DNA of 43,700 nucleotides from Bacteroidota bacterium (lineage in GTDB: Bacteria; Bacteroidota; Bacteroidia; Chitinophagales; Chitinophagaceae). The stretch spans positions 1 to 43,700 of the forward strand of contig JBKCGY010000168.1 in the NCBI GenBank assembly GCA_046303015.1, written 5' to 3'. The position numbers were made by a program, and so were the translations under genes. Each line of letters opens with the position of its first letter. Position 1 is the stretch's first letter. Shown here in pieces: positions 10,240-18,673 of this stretch. The notes beneath the pieces were generated by a model that ran no database searches, had not been told where the DNA came from, and saw nothing but the letters and a program-made list of their open reading frames with translations.

Positions 10240-11517
10240 TTATCGAATTTTCAAGGTAACTACTGACAATACCACAAATAACAAAGTGACGATCCAAAAA
10301 CGGGTTACGATCTTACTTTCATGATAACCTGCTTTTTGATAATGATGATGTAGCGGACTCATCAGAAATATGCGTCTACCCTCACCATATTTTCTCTTTG
10401 TATATTTGAAATAACTCACTTGTAATACCACACTTAAATTTTCAATCAGAAATACTGCACAGAAAATCGGAATCAATAATTCTTTTCTTACCAAAAAGGC
10501 TAAGGAAGCAATGACACCGCCCAACATCAGGCTCCCGGTATCACCCATAAAGATTTGAGCAGGATATGCATTGTACCATAAAAATCCTATACATGCACCC
10601 ACCATGGCAGCAATAAAAACAGACAACTCACCTATATTAGGAATATACATGATGTTCAGATATTCAGCCACTCGAATATTTCCACTGGCATAGGCAAAAA
10701 CACCTAAAGCCACCCCTATTATCGCCGATACGCCTGTAGCCAGTCCATCAATCCCATCGGTTATATTAGCACCATTCGACACGGCAGTTACGATAAAAAC
10801 AACGATTAAAATGTATAATATCCATGTAGCGCCACGTAACACCTCAGGAAGCAACTTAGAATAATTAAACTCATGACCTTTTACAAACGGAATGGTTGTG
10901 ATCGGCTCATCTGCCTTCACCATGATTTTCTCTTCTCCATCCAGTAATACTTTCTTGATATCGGATTTATTTACCGAAGAGGTTCCCTTAAACTCACGGT
11001 ATACACTGATGGTATCATTAAACAAAAGCGTTGTTGCCACAGCAATGCCAAGTATCACTTGACCAAGCACCTTAAACCAACCCGCCAAGCCGTCACCATC
11101 TCCTTTTTTATACGCTGTTCCTTTTTGCTGAGCAATTCTTTTTGCTCTGAGCTTTAAGTAATCATCTATAAAACCTATGAATCCCATCCATACCGTTGCA
11201 AAAATCATAAGCAGGATATAGACTTTGCTAATATCTGCCAAGAGTAATGTTGGAATGAGAATAGCGAGAATGATAATGATGCCGCCCATGGTAGGTGTTC
11301 CTTTCTTCTGTTGCTCACCGGCCAACCCCAGATCTCTTACTGACTCCCCGATCTGTTTTGATTGCAAATAAAGAATGATCTTTTTCCCGAATACTGTTGA
11401 GATCAGCAACGAGAACACCATAGCAAGCATCATCCGACTGGTGATAAACTGAAAAAGATTATCTCCTGGAATATCTATTCCATTCTCATTTAACCAGTCA
11501 AATAAATGTTTAAGCAT
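10240..11517 (-). CDS. mraY: Phospho-N-acetylmuramoyl-pentapeptide transferase
   Basis: [35 protein letters not shown] and PLHHHY. Confidence 0.98.
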   Translation of the reverse strand: MLKHLFDWLNENGIDIPGDNLFQFITSRMMLAMVFSLLISTVFGKKIILYLQSKQIGESVRDLGLAGEQQKKGTPTMGGIIIILAILIPTLLLADISKVYILLMIFATVWMGFIGFIDDYLKLRAKRIAQQKGTAYKKGDGDGLAGWFKVLGQVILGIAVATTLLFNDTISVYREFKGTSSVNKSDIKKVLLDGEEKIMVKADEPITTIPFVKGHEFNYSKLLPEVLRGATWILYILIVVFIVTAVSNGANITDGIDGLATGVSAIIGVALGVFAYASGNIRVAEYLNIMYIPNIGELSVFIAAMVGACIGFLWYNAYPAQIFMGDTGSLMLGGVIASLAFLVRKELLIPIFCAVFLIENLSVVLQVSYFKYTKRKYGEGRRIFLMSPLHHHYQKAGYHESKIVTRFWIVTLLFVVLSVVTLKIR

Positions 11518-11536
11518 GCTTTACTTTCTTTATTTA

Positions 11537-13003
11537 TCAAACATTCTTTTGCTCAAAAAATTCAACCAACACCGCTTTATCATCAAAGGGATATTTCACC
11601 CCTTTAATCTCCTGATATTTCTCATGTCCTTTTCCTGCAACCAGAATAATATCATTTATTCCCGCCAGTCCTACGGCCGCCTCAATGGCTTTTCTGCGAT
11701 CGGATATGGTCATTGTTTTTCTTTTGGCAGCGCTGCTTAGCTCCGATGCCATCTCATGCAGAATGATTTCCGGATCTTCAGATCTCGGATTATCACTTGT
11801 AAATATGACCTGATCACTCCACTCGCAAGCTGCCGAACCCATTAAAGGCCTTTTCGTCTTGTCCCTATCTCCCCCACATCCTACTACGGTAATAAGTTGT
11901 TCATTTTTTTGTTTAAGTTGATGAATTGTTGCCAATACATTCTTTAATGCATCCGGCGTATGTGCATAGTCTACAATTCCCAGCACATTGTTTCTCATCG
12001 AGCGAATAGTATCGAAACGACCCTCCGCACCTGTAATACTGCTGAGTTCCCGTAATACGTCTTCGGCTTGCTCCCCTGATAATACGGCAGTGGCATATAC
12101 TGCCAACAGATTATAGGCATTAAAGGCACCTATCAAACGAAAATGCACTTCACAATTCTGAATATCCATTAGTAAACCTTCCAGACTATTCACCAAAATT
12201 TTACCCTTGAAGTCTGCCATGGAACGTAAACTGTAGTAATATTTACGGGCCTTCGTATTTTGAAGCATCACCTCACCACGCTGATCATCCTTATTGCTCA
12301 GCGCAAATGCATCGGAAGAAAGAATATCAAAAAAACTTTTCTTTGCTTTGATATAAGCATCAAATGTTTGATGGTAGTCGAGGTGATCGTGTGTAATATT
12401 GGTAAATATGGCTCCTTGGAATTGAATACCAGCAATACGATGCTGATGAATGGCATGACTACTGCATTCCATGAAAACATGTGTACATCCGGCCTTCTTC
12501 ATTTCAAATAACAAACTATTGAGGCTGATGGCATCCGGTGTAGTATGGGTGGAGGGTACAATCTTATCGCCAATATGATTTTGCACAGTTGAGATAAGTC
12601 CACAAGTATATCCCAATCTTGAAAACAACTTGAATAATAAAGTAGCAACCGTAGTTTTTCCGTTCGTTCCGGTTACCCCAAAAACTTTTACCACTGAACT
12701 TACGCTTCCAAAAAATATATGTGCCATATTACCGGTGGCATAAGCGCTATCTGCCACCTGCACATACGTGATACCTTCTATTATTTCATTGGGTATGAAT
12801 TCACAAACAATAGCCACTGCCCCGTTGGCTATCGCTTTATCAATAAAAGCATGACCATCTGTTTTTTCCCCTTTAATAGCAATAAAGCATGCCGCCTTTT
12901 CTGTCGAGCGAGAATCTATTGACAATTGATGAATATCAATGTCTGTAGATCCGATGACCTTCAGAATAGATGACTTGTACAATATATCGCTTAACTTCTT
13001 CAT
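11537..13003 (-). CDS. murE: UDP-MurNAc-Ala-Glu--meso-DAP ligase
   Basis: GVTGTNGKTT, HTTP, HDHLDYH, DYAHTPD, DNPR (meso-DAP specificity motif) and AGKGHE. Confidence 0.98.
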   Translation of the reverse strand: MKKLSDILYKSSILKVIGSTDIDIHQLSIDSRSTEKAACFIAIKGEKTDGHAFIDKAIANGAVAIVCEFIPNEIIEGITYVQVADSAYATGNMAHIFFGSVSSVVKVFGVTGTNGKTTVATLLFKLFSRLGYTCGLISTVQNHIGDKIVPSTHTTPDAISLNSLLFEMKKAGCTHVFMECSSHAIHQHRIAGIQFQGAIFTNITHDHLDYHQTFDAYIKAKKSFFDILSSDAFALSNKDDQRGEVMLQNTKARKYYYSLRSMADFKGKILVNSLEGLLMDIQNCEVHFRLIGAFNAYNLLAVYATAVLSGEQAEDVLRELSSITGAEGRFDTIRSMRNNVLGIVDYAHTPDALKNVLATIHQLKQKNEQLITVVGCGGDRDKTKRPLMGSAACEWSDQVIFTSDNPRSEDPEIILHEMASELSSAAKRKTMTISDRRKAIEAAVGLAGINDIILVAGKGHEKYQEIKGVKYPFDDKAVLVEFFEQKNV

Positions 13004-15111
13004 TAATTCAAATACAATACAATAGGTTGATCTTTTTGAGCCGTGAGTCCTGCATTTACAGACTGATTAATAACTTTTCCCTTCCCCACAACCGACACTT
13101 TCCACCCGTTCGTTTCCAGAATATGTAAGGCATCTTTAAGCCCCATCCCTCTTACATCTGGCACTGTTGATGAAGAAAGTAAGATGGGCTTGGCGACGAT
13201 CTGCTTATTGGTCACCATTGCTTTTTTCCAATTACCTGTAGAGGAATCGTGGATTGACATACGGAATACTTCAGCAAGGGATTGCATTTCTTTTTTAGAT
13301 CCCGCAATCTGATACTGCAGCGAGTCTACATCATTTTTGAATTGCAAGGGCTGTGGTTCTTGCTGAATATATTTATATAAATGATCGGCAATCTCACGAA
13401 AAACAGGAGCCGCAACCGTGCCTCCATAAATATTAATTTTAGGTGCGTGGGGCTTACTCTTAATGACCACAATCATAGAATACTTCGGATTATCAGCAGG
13501 GAAATATCCGGCAAAGGCGGATTGATATACCCCGTCATTATATTTATATTTACCGTCATTCACCTTGGCTGTTCCAGTTTTTCCTGCTGCTTTATACAAG
13601 GCGTTTTCAAAAGCTTTTTTCGCCGTACCTTCTATACACACAGCGCTCATACACTCCTGTAATTGTTGAATGGTGGAAAGGGAAGCGATAGATGACTCCA
13701 ATACCTGAGGTTCATTTTTTTGAACCACAGTTCCATATCTGCGCACTTCATTCAATAAATAAGGTTTCATTAATTTTCCATTATTGGCTACGGCATTATA
13801 AACCATTAGAATTTGAAGGGGCGACACCAACATTTCATAACCAAAACCCCAGGAAACCAATGTTTGAGGATGCCAGTAATTAACTTTAGATGGATTTCTA
13901 ACCAAAGGAGAAAATTCTTCTTTTAATTCGATACCCGTCTTTTGTGTCAGGTGTAGGCGTTTTAAATGTTTATAATAGGCTGCTGGATCAGGCGTATAAT
14001 ACTGATAGGCCAGCTTACTCATCGCAACATTAGAACTATTGATAAAAGCAGATTTAAAGGTCATAAACTGAGGCCCACCATGATCATCTTTCACTCCTCT
14101 TCCCATTACATTCCAATAACCGCCATTTATATGAATAGAATCTTGGATCGAAACATGTTTATCTTCCAATCCGGCAAGTAAGGTGATCAACTTAATCGTG
14201 GAACCGGGTTCAGAGGTGCGCAATGCATAATTATCCGTTTCAAAATAAGTGCCATCGGCTGTTCTACCCAGATTCGCTATGGCTTTGATCTTTCCGGTTG
14301 ATACTTCCATTACTACACAGGTACCTTCAAGAGATTCGGCCGACTGCATCTTTCTCATCAACGCACGCTCTGCAACATCCTGGATATTTACATCTATGGT
14401 TGTATAAATATCATGTCCGTTTTCAGGTGCAAACTCATAGCCTTCCACCGGCATCATAACCCCACCAGCCACAAATCGAACCAGACGCTTTCCGGATGTG
14501 CCCTTTAGCAAACTATCGAATGATCTTTCCAGTCCAACCAGTTTTGCATTCTCTCTATACAAACCAATCGTTCTGAAACCTAATTCACCAAACGGATTTA
14601 ACCTTTTTGTTTTTACCTCCGTAATAAATCCGCTTTTATTTTTCCCCTCACGTACCAATGCGAATGCTCGCAATTGTTTATACTGCTCGAATGAAACTTT
14701 TTTTCGAAACAGATAATAGCGATACTTTTCTTTATAACCGGTCAATAACTCCTGCTTGTAATCTGAGGACGACTTATCCTTAAACAGATTGGATAAAGAA
14801 GTTGAAAGAGAATCCAGTTTTTTATAAAATAGCTCACCATTATTCTTCCGTAATCCTTCCGCACCAAAATCTATATATATATCAAATTGAGGTATAGATG
14901 TACTCAGCATACTTCCATCCTCACTGAATATCGTTCCTCTTTCTGCAGCCATATCAACGATTTTCGTATGCAAACTATCTCCCATCTTGATCCAATAACT
15001 TCCTTCAATACGCTGAGTATAGAACGCTTTACCCAGAATCATGATCCCGAAAATCACAAGCCCGATAAAAGCGAGGTAAACTCTCCAGAGTATATCTTTT
15101 TTAACTTCCAT
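13003..15111 (-). CDS. ftsI: Class B penicillin-binding protein FtsI/PBP3 with C-terminal PASTA domain
   Basis: N-terminal TM, RGTIFS, SxxK (GSTIK), SxN (SSN), KTG (GKTGT) and PASTA-like VPDVRGMGLKDA; TAATG overlaps with both neighbours. Confidence 0.95.
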   Translation of the reverse strand: MEVKKDILWRVYLAFIGLVIFGIMILGKAFYTQRIEGSYWIKMGDSLHTKIVDMAAERGTIFSEDGSMLSTSIPQFDIYIDFGAEGLRKNNGELFYKKLDSLSTSLSNLFKDKSSSDYKQELLTGYKEKYRYYLFRKKVSFEQYKQLRAFALVREGKNKSGFITEVKTKRLNPFGELGFRTIGLYRENAKLVGLERSFDSLLKGTSGKRLVRFVAGGVMMPVEGYEFAPENGHDIYTTIDVNIQDVAERALMRKMQSAESLEGTCVVMEVSTGKIKAIANLGRTADGTYFETDNYALRTSEPGSTIKLITLLAGLEDKHVSIQDSIHINGGYWNVMGRGVKDDHGGPQFMTFKSAFINSSNVAMSKLAYQYYTPDPAAYYKHLKRLHLTQKTGIELKEEFSPLVRNPSKVNYWHPQTLVSWGFGYEMLVSPLQILMVYNAVANNGKLMKPYLLNEVRRYGTVVQKNEPQVLESSIASLSTIQQLQECMSAVCIEGTAKKAFENALYKAAGKTGTAKVNDGKYKYNDGVYQSAFAGYFPADNPKYSMIVVIKSKPHAPKINIYGGTVAAPVFREIADHLYKYIQQEPQPLQFKNDVDSLQYQIAGSKKEMQSLAEVFRMSIHDSSTGNWKKAMVTNKQIVAKPILLSSSTVPDVRGMGLKDALHILETNGWKVSVVGKGKVINQSVNAGLTAQKDQPIVLYLN

Positions 15112-15434
15112 TAATTCTTTAATGTTAAACTGTCTTTTATTAAAACCGGCTGTTCAACCGACTCCATCAACCCTATCGTTTCTACTGCTTTCGACATTTC
15201 AGTCTGTCTGTTTTGATACATGAGTTTTCCACTCAGCATTTTATACTCGTACTCTTGTTCTTTTAATAATTTATTCATGACATTAATATCCCTGACCGTA
15301 TTATCAGCATAATGACCATTAGCAATGTAGAAAACGGCCAACATCGATAGAAAAAGAAAGAATGGAACATTCCGAACAATCCATTGATAATTGAACCATT
15401 TTTTCAGATCCAATTTTTGCTCTTTATTGATCAT
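15111..15434 (-). CDS. ftsL: FtsL-like cell division protein (Bacteroidota type)
   Basis: Short bitopic protein with a TM (NVPFFLFLSMLAVFYIAN) and a coiled-coil, between rsmH and ftsI. Start could be 15434 or 15476. Confidence 0.85.
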   Translation of the reverse strand: MINKEQKLDLKKWFNYQWIVRNVPFFLFLSMLAVFYIANGHYADNTVRDINVMNKLLKEQEYEYKMLSGKLMYQNRQTEMSKAVETIGLMESVEQPVLIKDSLTLKN

Positions 15435-15495
15435 TTGTCTTATCTGTATGTTTTGGTTATTGAAAACCGTTAACATATGGCACGAACCGATCGCA

Positions 15496-16443
15496 TCAAA
15501 TTTTTTCGGCTATGCGCAGCCTGGCACTTCTGGATCTTGGATTGGATATTAATTCTGAAGGTGTAGGTTCAACAGGTTTTTTCGTAACGATCCTGAATAT
15601 TTCAGGTTTGGTTTCTCTGGAAAATGGATGTTCTTCTTCGACATGCAGCGTTCCTTTCTTAAAAAAGTTTTTCACCATTCTGTCTTCCAGCGAATGAAAT
15701 GAAATAATAGCTGCTCTGCCTTTGGACCTTAATACAGCGGGCAACTGCTCTAATAATTCCTGAAGCGCTGACAATTCATCATTCACTTCAATTCGTAGTG
15801 CCTGAAATACCTGAGCCCAGTATTTATGAGGATTCCCTTTCACCACATGCTGTAAACTCTGTTTGAATTGCGTAATCGTCTGAAAAGGCGAAACCATGCG
15901 CTGTTGAACAATCGCCGCTGCCAGCGTTTTGGCATTCGTCACTTCTCCATATTGCTCAAACATCTTATGCAATTGTTGATGCGAGTAAGTGGCTATTACC
16001 TCGGCCGCTGTTTTTTGTTGCGAAGGATCCATGCGCATATCCAGCGGGCCTTCAAACCTTGTGGAAAATCCACGTACAGCATCATCAAACTGTTTGCTTG
16101 ATACACCAAGATCAGCCAATACACCATCCACTTCATCTATGTGATGGAGTTTTAAAAAACGAGAAAGATGACGGAAGTTGTGAGGTATAAATAAGATCCT
16201 TTTATCATTCGGAAGATTTGCCTTTGCAGCGGGGTCCTGGTCAAAAACAATTAACCGCCCGTTCGCATCCAGCCTACGCAAAATCTCCCTGCTATGACCC
16301 CCGCCCCCGAAAGTACAATCAACGTATATGCCGGAAGATATTACCGACAAACCATCAACGGCTTCCTTTAGCATAACCGGCACATGATAAACTTCGCCCT
16401 TACTTTCACCGGAATTACCGGCATTATGGTTCAGGTGGCTCAT
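15496..16443 (-). CDS. rsmH: 16S rRNA m4C1402 methyltransferase
   Basis: YHVPVM, DCTFGGGGHS, DLGVSS, LDMRM, FQALRIEVN, ISFHSLEDR and NPRSRSARLR. Confidence 0.98.
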   Translation of the reverse strand: MSHLNHNAGNSGESKGEVYHVPVMLKEAVDGLSVISSGIYVDCTFGGGGHSREILRRLDANGRLIVFDQDPAAKANLPNDKRILFIPHNFRHLSRFLKLHHIDEVDGVLADLGVSSKQFDDAVRGFSTRFEGPLDMRMDPSQQKTAAEVIATYSHQQLHKMFEQYGEVTNAKTLAAAIVQQRMVSPFQTITQFKQSLQHVVKGNPHKYWAQVFQALRIEVNDELSALQELLEQLPAVLRSKGRAAIISFHSLEDRMVKNFFKKGTLHVEEEHPFSRETKPEIFRIVTKKPVEPTPSELISNPRSRSARLRIAEKI

Positions 16444-16449
16444 CAGGAA

Positions 16450-16905
16450 TTACTGATCTTTTTTTACCATCACTTCTCCCGCGAGTTGACTAAACGCATC
16501 GGGTGAAAAGTTATCAAAGAGCTGTTGGTACTTACGCTTATCCCATATTTCTATTTTCTTTACAGCCGCTACCAGTACTGCATCTTTATCCAGTTCTGCA
16601 TAGGTTTTCAAATTGGAGGGGAGCAGTAATCTGCCCGCCGAATCCAACTCAATTGTAGTAGCACCGTTCAAGAAATAGCGTTGAAATTTTCTTACATTCG
16701 GGTCGAATTCATTCAATTGACTGATTTCAGAGAATATCGGCTCCCATGTTTTCATGGGGTAAAGGGTTAAGCAAGACTCAATCCCCCGACTGATGACAAA
16801 CTGGTTCCCCCACTCTTCCGGAATTTGCTTTTTAAAGCCTGCCGGAAGCAGAAAACGACCCTTTGCATCGATCGTCACCTCATATTCTCCTAGAAATCCA
16901 ATCAT
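16450..16905 (-). CDS. mraZ: Transcriptional regulator MraZ
   Basis: Two AbrB-like repeats, DAKGR and DSAGR, plus IEIW; first gene of the dcw cluster. Confidence 0.97.
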   Translation of the reverse strand: MIGFLGEYEVTIDAKGRFLLPAGFKKQIPEEWGNQFVISRGIESCLTLYPMKTWEPIFSEISQLNEFDPNVRKFQRYFLNGATTIELDSAGRLLLPSNLKTYAELDKDAVLVAAVKKIEIWDKRKYQQLFDNFSPDAFSQLAGEVMVKKDQ

Positions 16906-16928
16906 TTGTCTGATGTAATGGATATTTT

Positions 16929-16966
16929 ACCATTATTAAACACAAATTAACACAATTTCCCACTTT
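16929..16966 (-). promoter_or_regulatory. MraZ-binding direct repeats (DCW boxes)
   Basis: Minus strand reads AAAGTGGGAA ATTGTGTTAA TTTGTGTTTA ATAATGGT: GTG cores at exact 10-bp spacing (CAC at 16941, 16951, 16961; degenerate CAT at 16931) just upstream of mraZ. Confidence 0.8.
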
Positions 16967-16991
16967 TAACGAGAAATTTGTGCTTTTAATT

Positions 16992-17000
16992 TTTTCCACA
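16992..17000 (+). promoter_or_regulatory. DnaA box (relaxed consensus)
   Basis: TTTTCCACA matches TTWTNCACA. Confidence 0.5.
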
Positions 17001-17082
17001 AGCTGAAATCGTTTATGGGAAAGGGTTTCAGGCCAATTTAGTGGAATAATGAAAGAAACAATGTGAATTTGTGTGAAATAGG

Positions 17083-17091
17083 TGTGGATAA
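17083..17091 (-). promoter_or_regulatory. DnaA box (perfect)
   Basis: TGTGGATAA is the reverse complement of TTATCCACA; lies in the intergenic region upstream of mraZ. Confidence 0.6.
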
Positions 17092-17221
17092 CACCAAAAA
17101 GAGGCTTATGGCATTATATTAAATCTAATAGGAGAAGCATATAAAGAATTTTTTCTCCGTGTTATAGCAAGTGTTTTAAACCGCTGGCTATGATATAAAA
17201 ACGCTTGTAACCCCCACTTAG

Positions 17222-18529
17222 CTATGAATCCAGTAAGGGGAACTGTAATGTAAACGTAGAGCCCTTGCCCAGCAGACTTTCTGCACTGATTTTTCCTCCG
17301 TGTGCCTCTGTTATGGCTTTGACATAACTCAGTCCGATACCAAACCCCTTTACATTATGCAGGTTGCCGGTATGTGCACGATAAAACTTTTCAAATATTC
17401 TCTTTAAGGTTTCTTTATTCATCCCAATACCGTTATCCTCTATCATAATGCGAATATGCTTGCCTGTATTCTTTGTAGAAATATTAATAATAAGTCCCTC
17501 TTCTTTTGAATACTTAATGGCATTATCTATAAGATTGCTCAGAAGGTTTACAAAATGTATTTCATCCACCAACATCATATCATGCGTTGCCTGGAAATGA
17601 CAAATGACATCCCCTTTTTTTTCAGCGATTTGCAACTGAAACTGATCAACAACTTTTTGAATTAATATATGAATATGATGAGCCGTCTTTTTCAATTCCA
17701 GATCCTGCTTCTCCATTTGTGCTGCTTGCAAGATCGTCTCCACATTTTTATTCATACGCTTGTTTTCATCACGGATCATTCCTGTGAAATAATTTCGTTT
17801 TACTTCATCACCCAACACCTTTTCATTCTTCAATGCATCAACAGCAAGAGAAATCGTAGCTAATGGTGTTTTTAATTCATGCGTCATATTATTGATAAAA
17901 TCATTTTTGATCTCACTCAATTTTTTCTGACGCAATAAGGTTCCGAATGTGATATAAAAGGCGGTAATGATAATAAGTGTAAATACAATGGCACCGGCTA
18001 TCATCCATCCCAACGATCTTAAAACAACGGATTTAATATCCGGTACAAGCAAGATCAACACTTCCTGTGGTGCCAGACTTTCCATCAAACCTCCACTCGA
18101 GGGAACCAAGGGATAAAATATTTTGAGATGATGCACGCTATCCATCATCATATCCATAAAATGTGCGGATTTAAGCTCGTAATGCTCAAAGACCTGATCT
18201 CCTGCAACTGCAAACTCAAATCTTGTATTCTTCAAATGATGCTTAACAAAAGATCGTTGAACTTTTTCTCTGATTTCAAACTCAGTATAGCGATGAGCCA
18301 CTGAAAAATCTTTATATATGTCAAAGACATCTGTCGGGATTGACATCCCCTTTCTTTCTGTTTCTGCCATCAGATCTTCACTTACCTCCTGTATAATGAC
18401 AGATAACTTTTCTTTCAATTGGTCTTCTCTGAACAATGCCAGTGTTTTAATCCAGGCGAATTGAATATAGATAATGCCCAATAAAGAAACGGTAATTAAT
18501 AATATAATTATGGGGAATATCTTTTTCAT
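17222..18529 (-). CDS. Membrane sensor histidine kinase (RprX-like)
   Basis: Two TM helices, H-box FINNMTHELKTP, N-box NLIDNAIKY, DNGIG, FEKFYR and GFGIGL. Confidence 0.95.
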   Translation of the reverse strand: MKKIFPIIILLITVSLLGIIYIQFAWIKTLALFREDQLKEKLSVIIQEVSEDLMAETERKGMSIPTDVFDIYKDFSVAHRYTEFEIREKVQRSFVKHHLKNTRFEFAVAGDQVFEHYELKSAHFMDMMMDSVHHLKIFYPLVPSSGGLMESLAPQEVLILLVPDIKSVVLRSLGWMIAGAIVFTLIIITAFYITFGTLLRQKKLSEIKNDFINNMTHELKTPLATISLAVDALKNEKVLGDEVKRNYFTGMIRDENKRMNKNVETILQAAQMEKQDLELKKTAHHIHILIQKVVDQFQLQIAEKKGDVICHFQATHDMMLVDEIHFVNLLSNLIDNAIKYSKEEGLIINISTKNTGKHIRIMIEDNGIGMNKETLKRIFEKFYRAHTGNLHNVKGFGIGLSYVKAITEAHGGKISAESLLGKGSTFTLQFPLLDS

Positions 18530-18560
18530 CTATCACGATTGCTTATAACTTGCAACTACG

Positions 18561-18568
18561 CAAATGTA
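18561..18568 (-). promoter_or_regulatory. Bacteroidota -7 promoter element for the kinase gene
   Basis: TACATTTG on the minus strand (TAnnTTTG), 31 nt upstream of the ATG and downstream of the hppA terminator. Confidence 0.65.
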
Positions 18569-18621
18569 TCAGTCATTATTTACGCATAAAGATAAACTTT
18601 GTTAAAGATTCATAGCTGCAT

Positions 18622-18650
18622 AAAAAAAGCTGCTCCGAAGAACAGCTTTT
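18622..18650 (-). terminator. Intrinsic terminator after hppA
   Basis: Minus strand AAAAGCTGTTC-TTCG-GAGCAGCTTTTTTT: stem with a C(UUCG)G tetraloop and a U tract. Confidence 0.88.
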
Positions 18651-18673
18651 GATAAAATATCAGCAAGAACAGA

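Noticed and set aside
720-16905. dcw cluster lacks murF, murB and ddl
   Set aside because: This is the normal Bacteroidota arrangement; those genes usually lie elsewhere
16906-17221. Calling the mraZ upstream region oriC
   Set aside because: Only two consensus DnaA boxes, no dnaA/dnaN nearby, and GC skew cannot be assessed from this window; a regulatory role is the simpler reading
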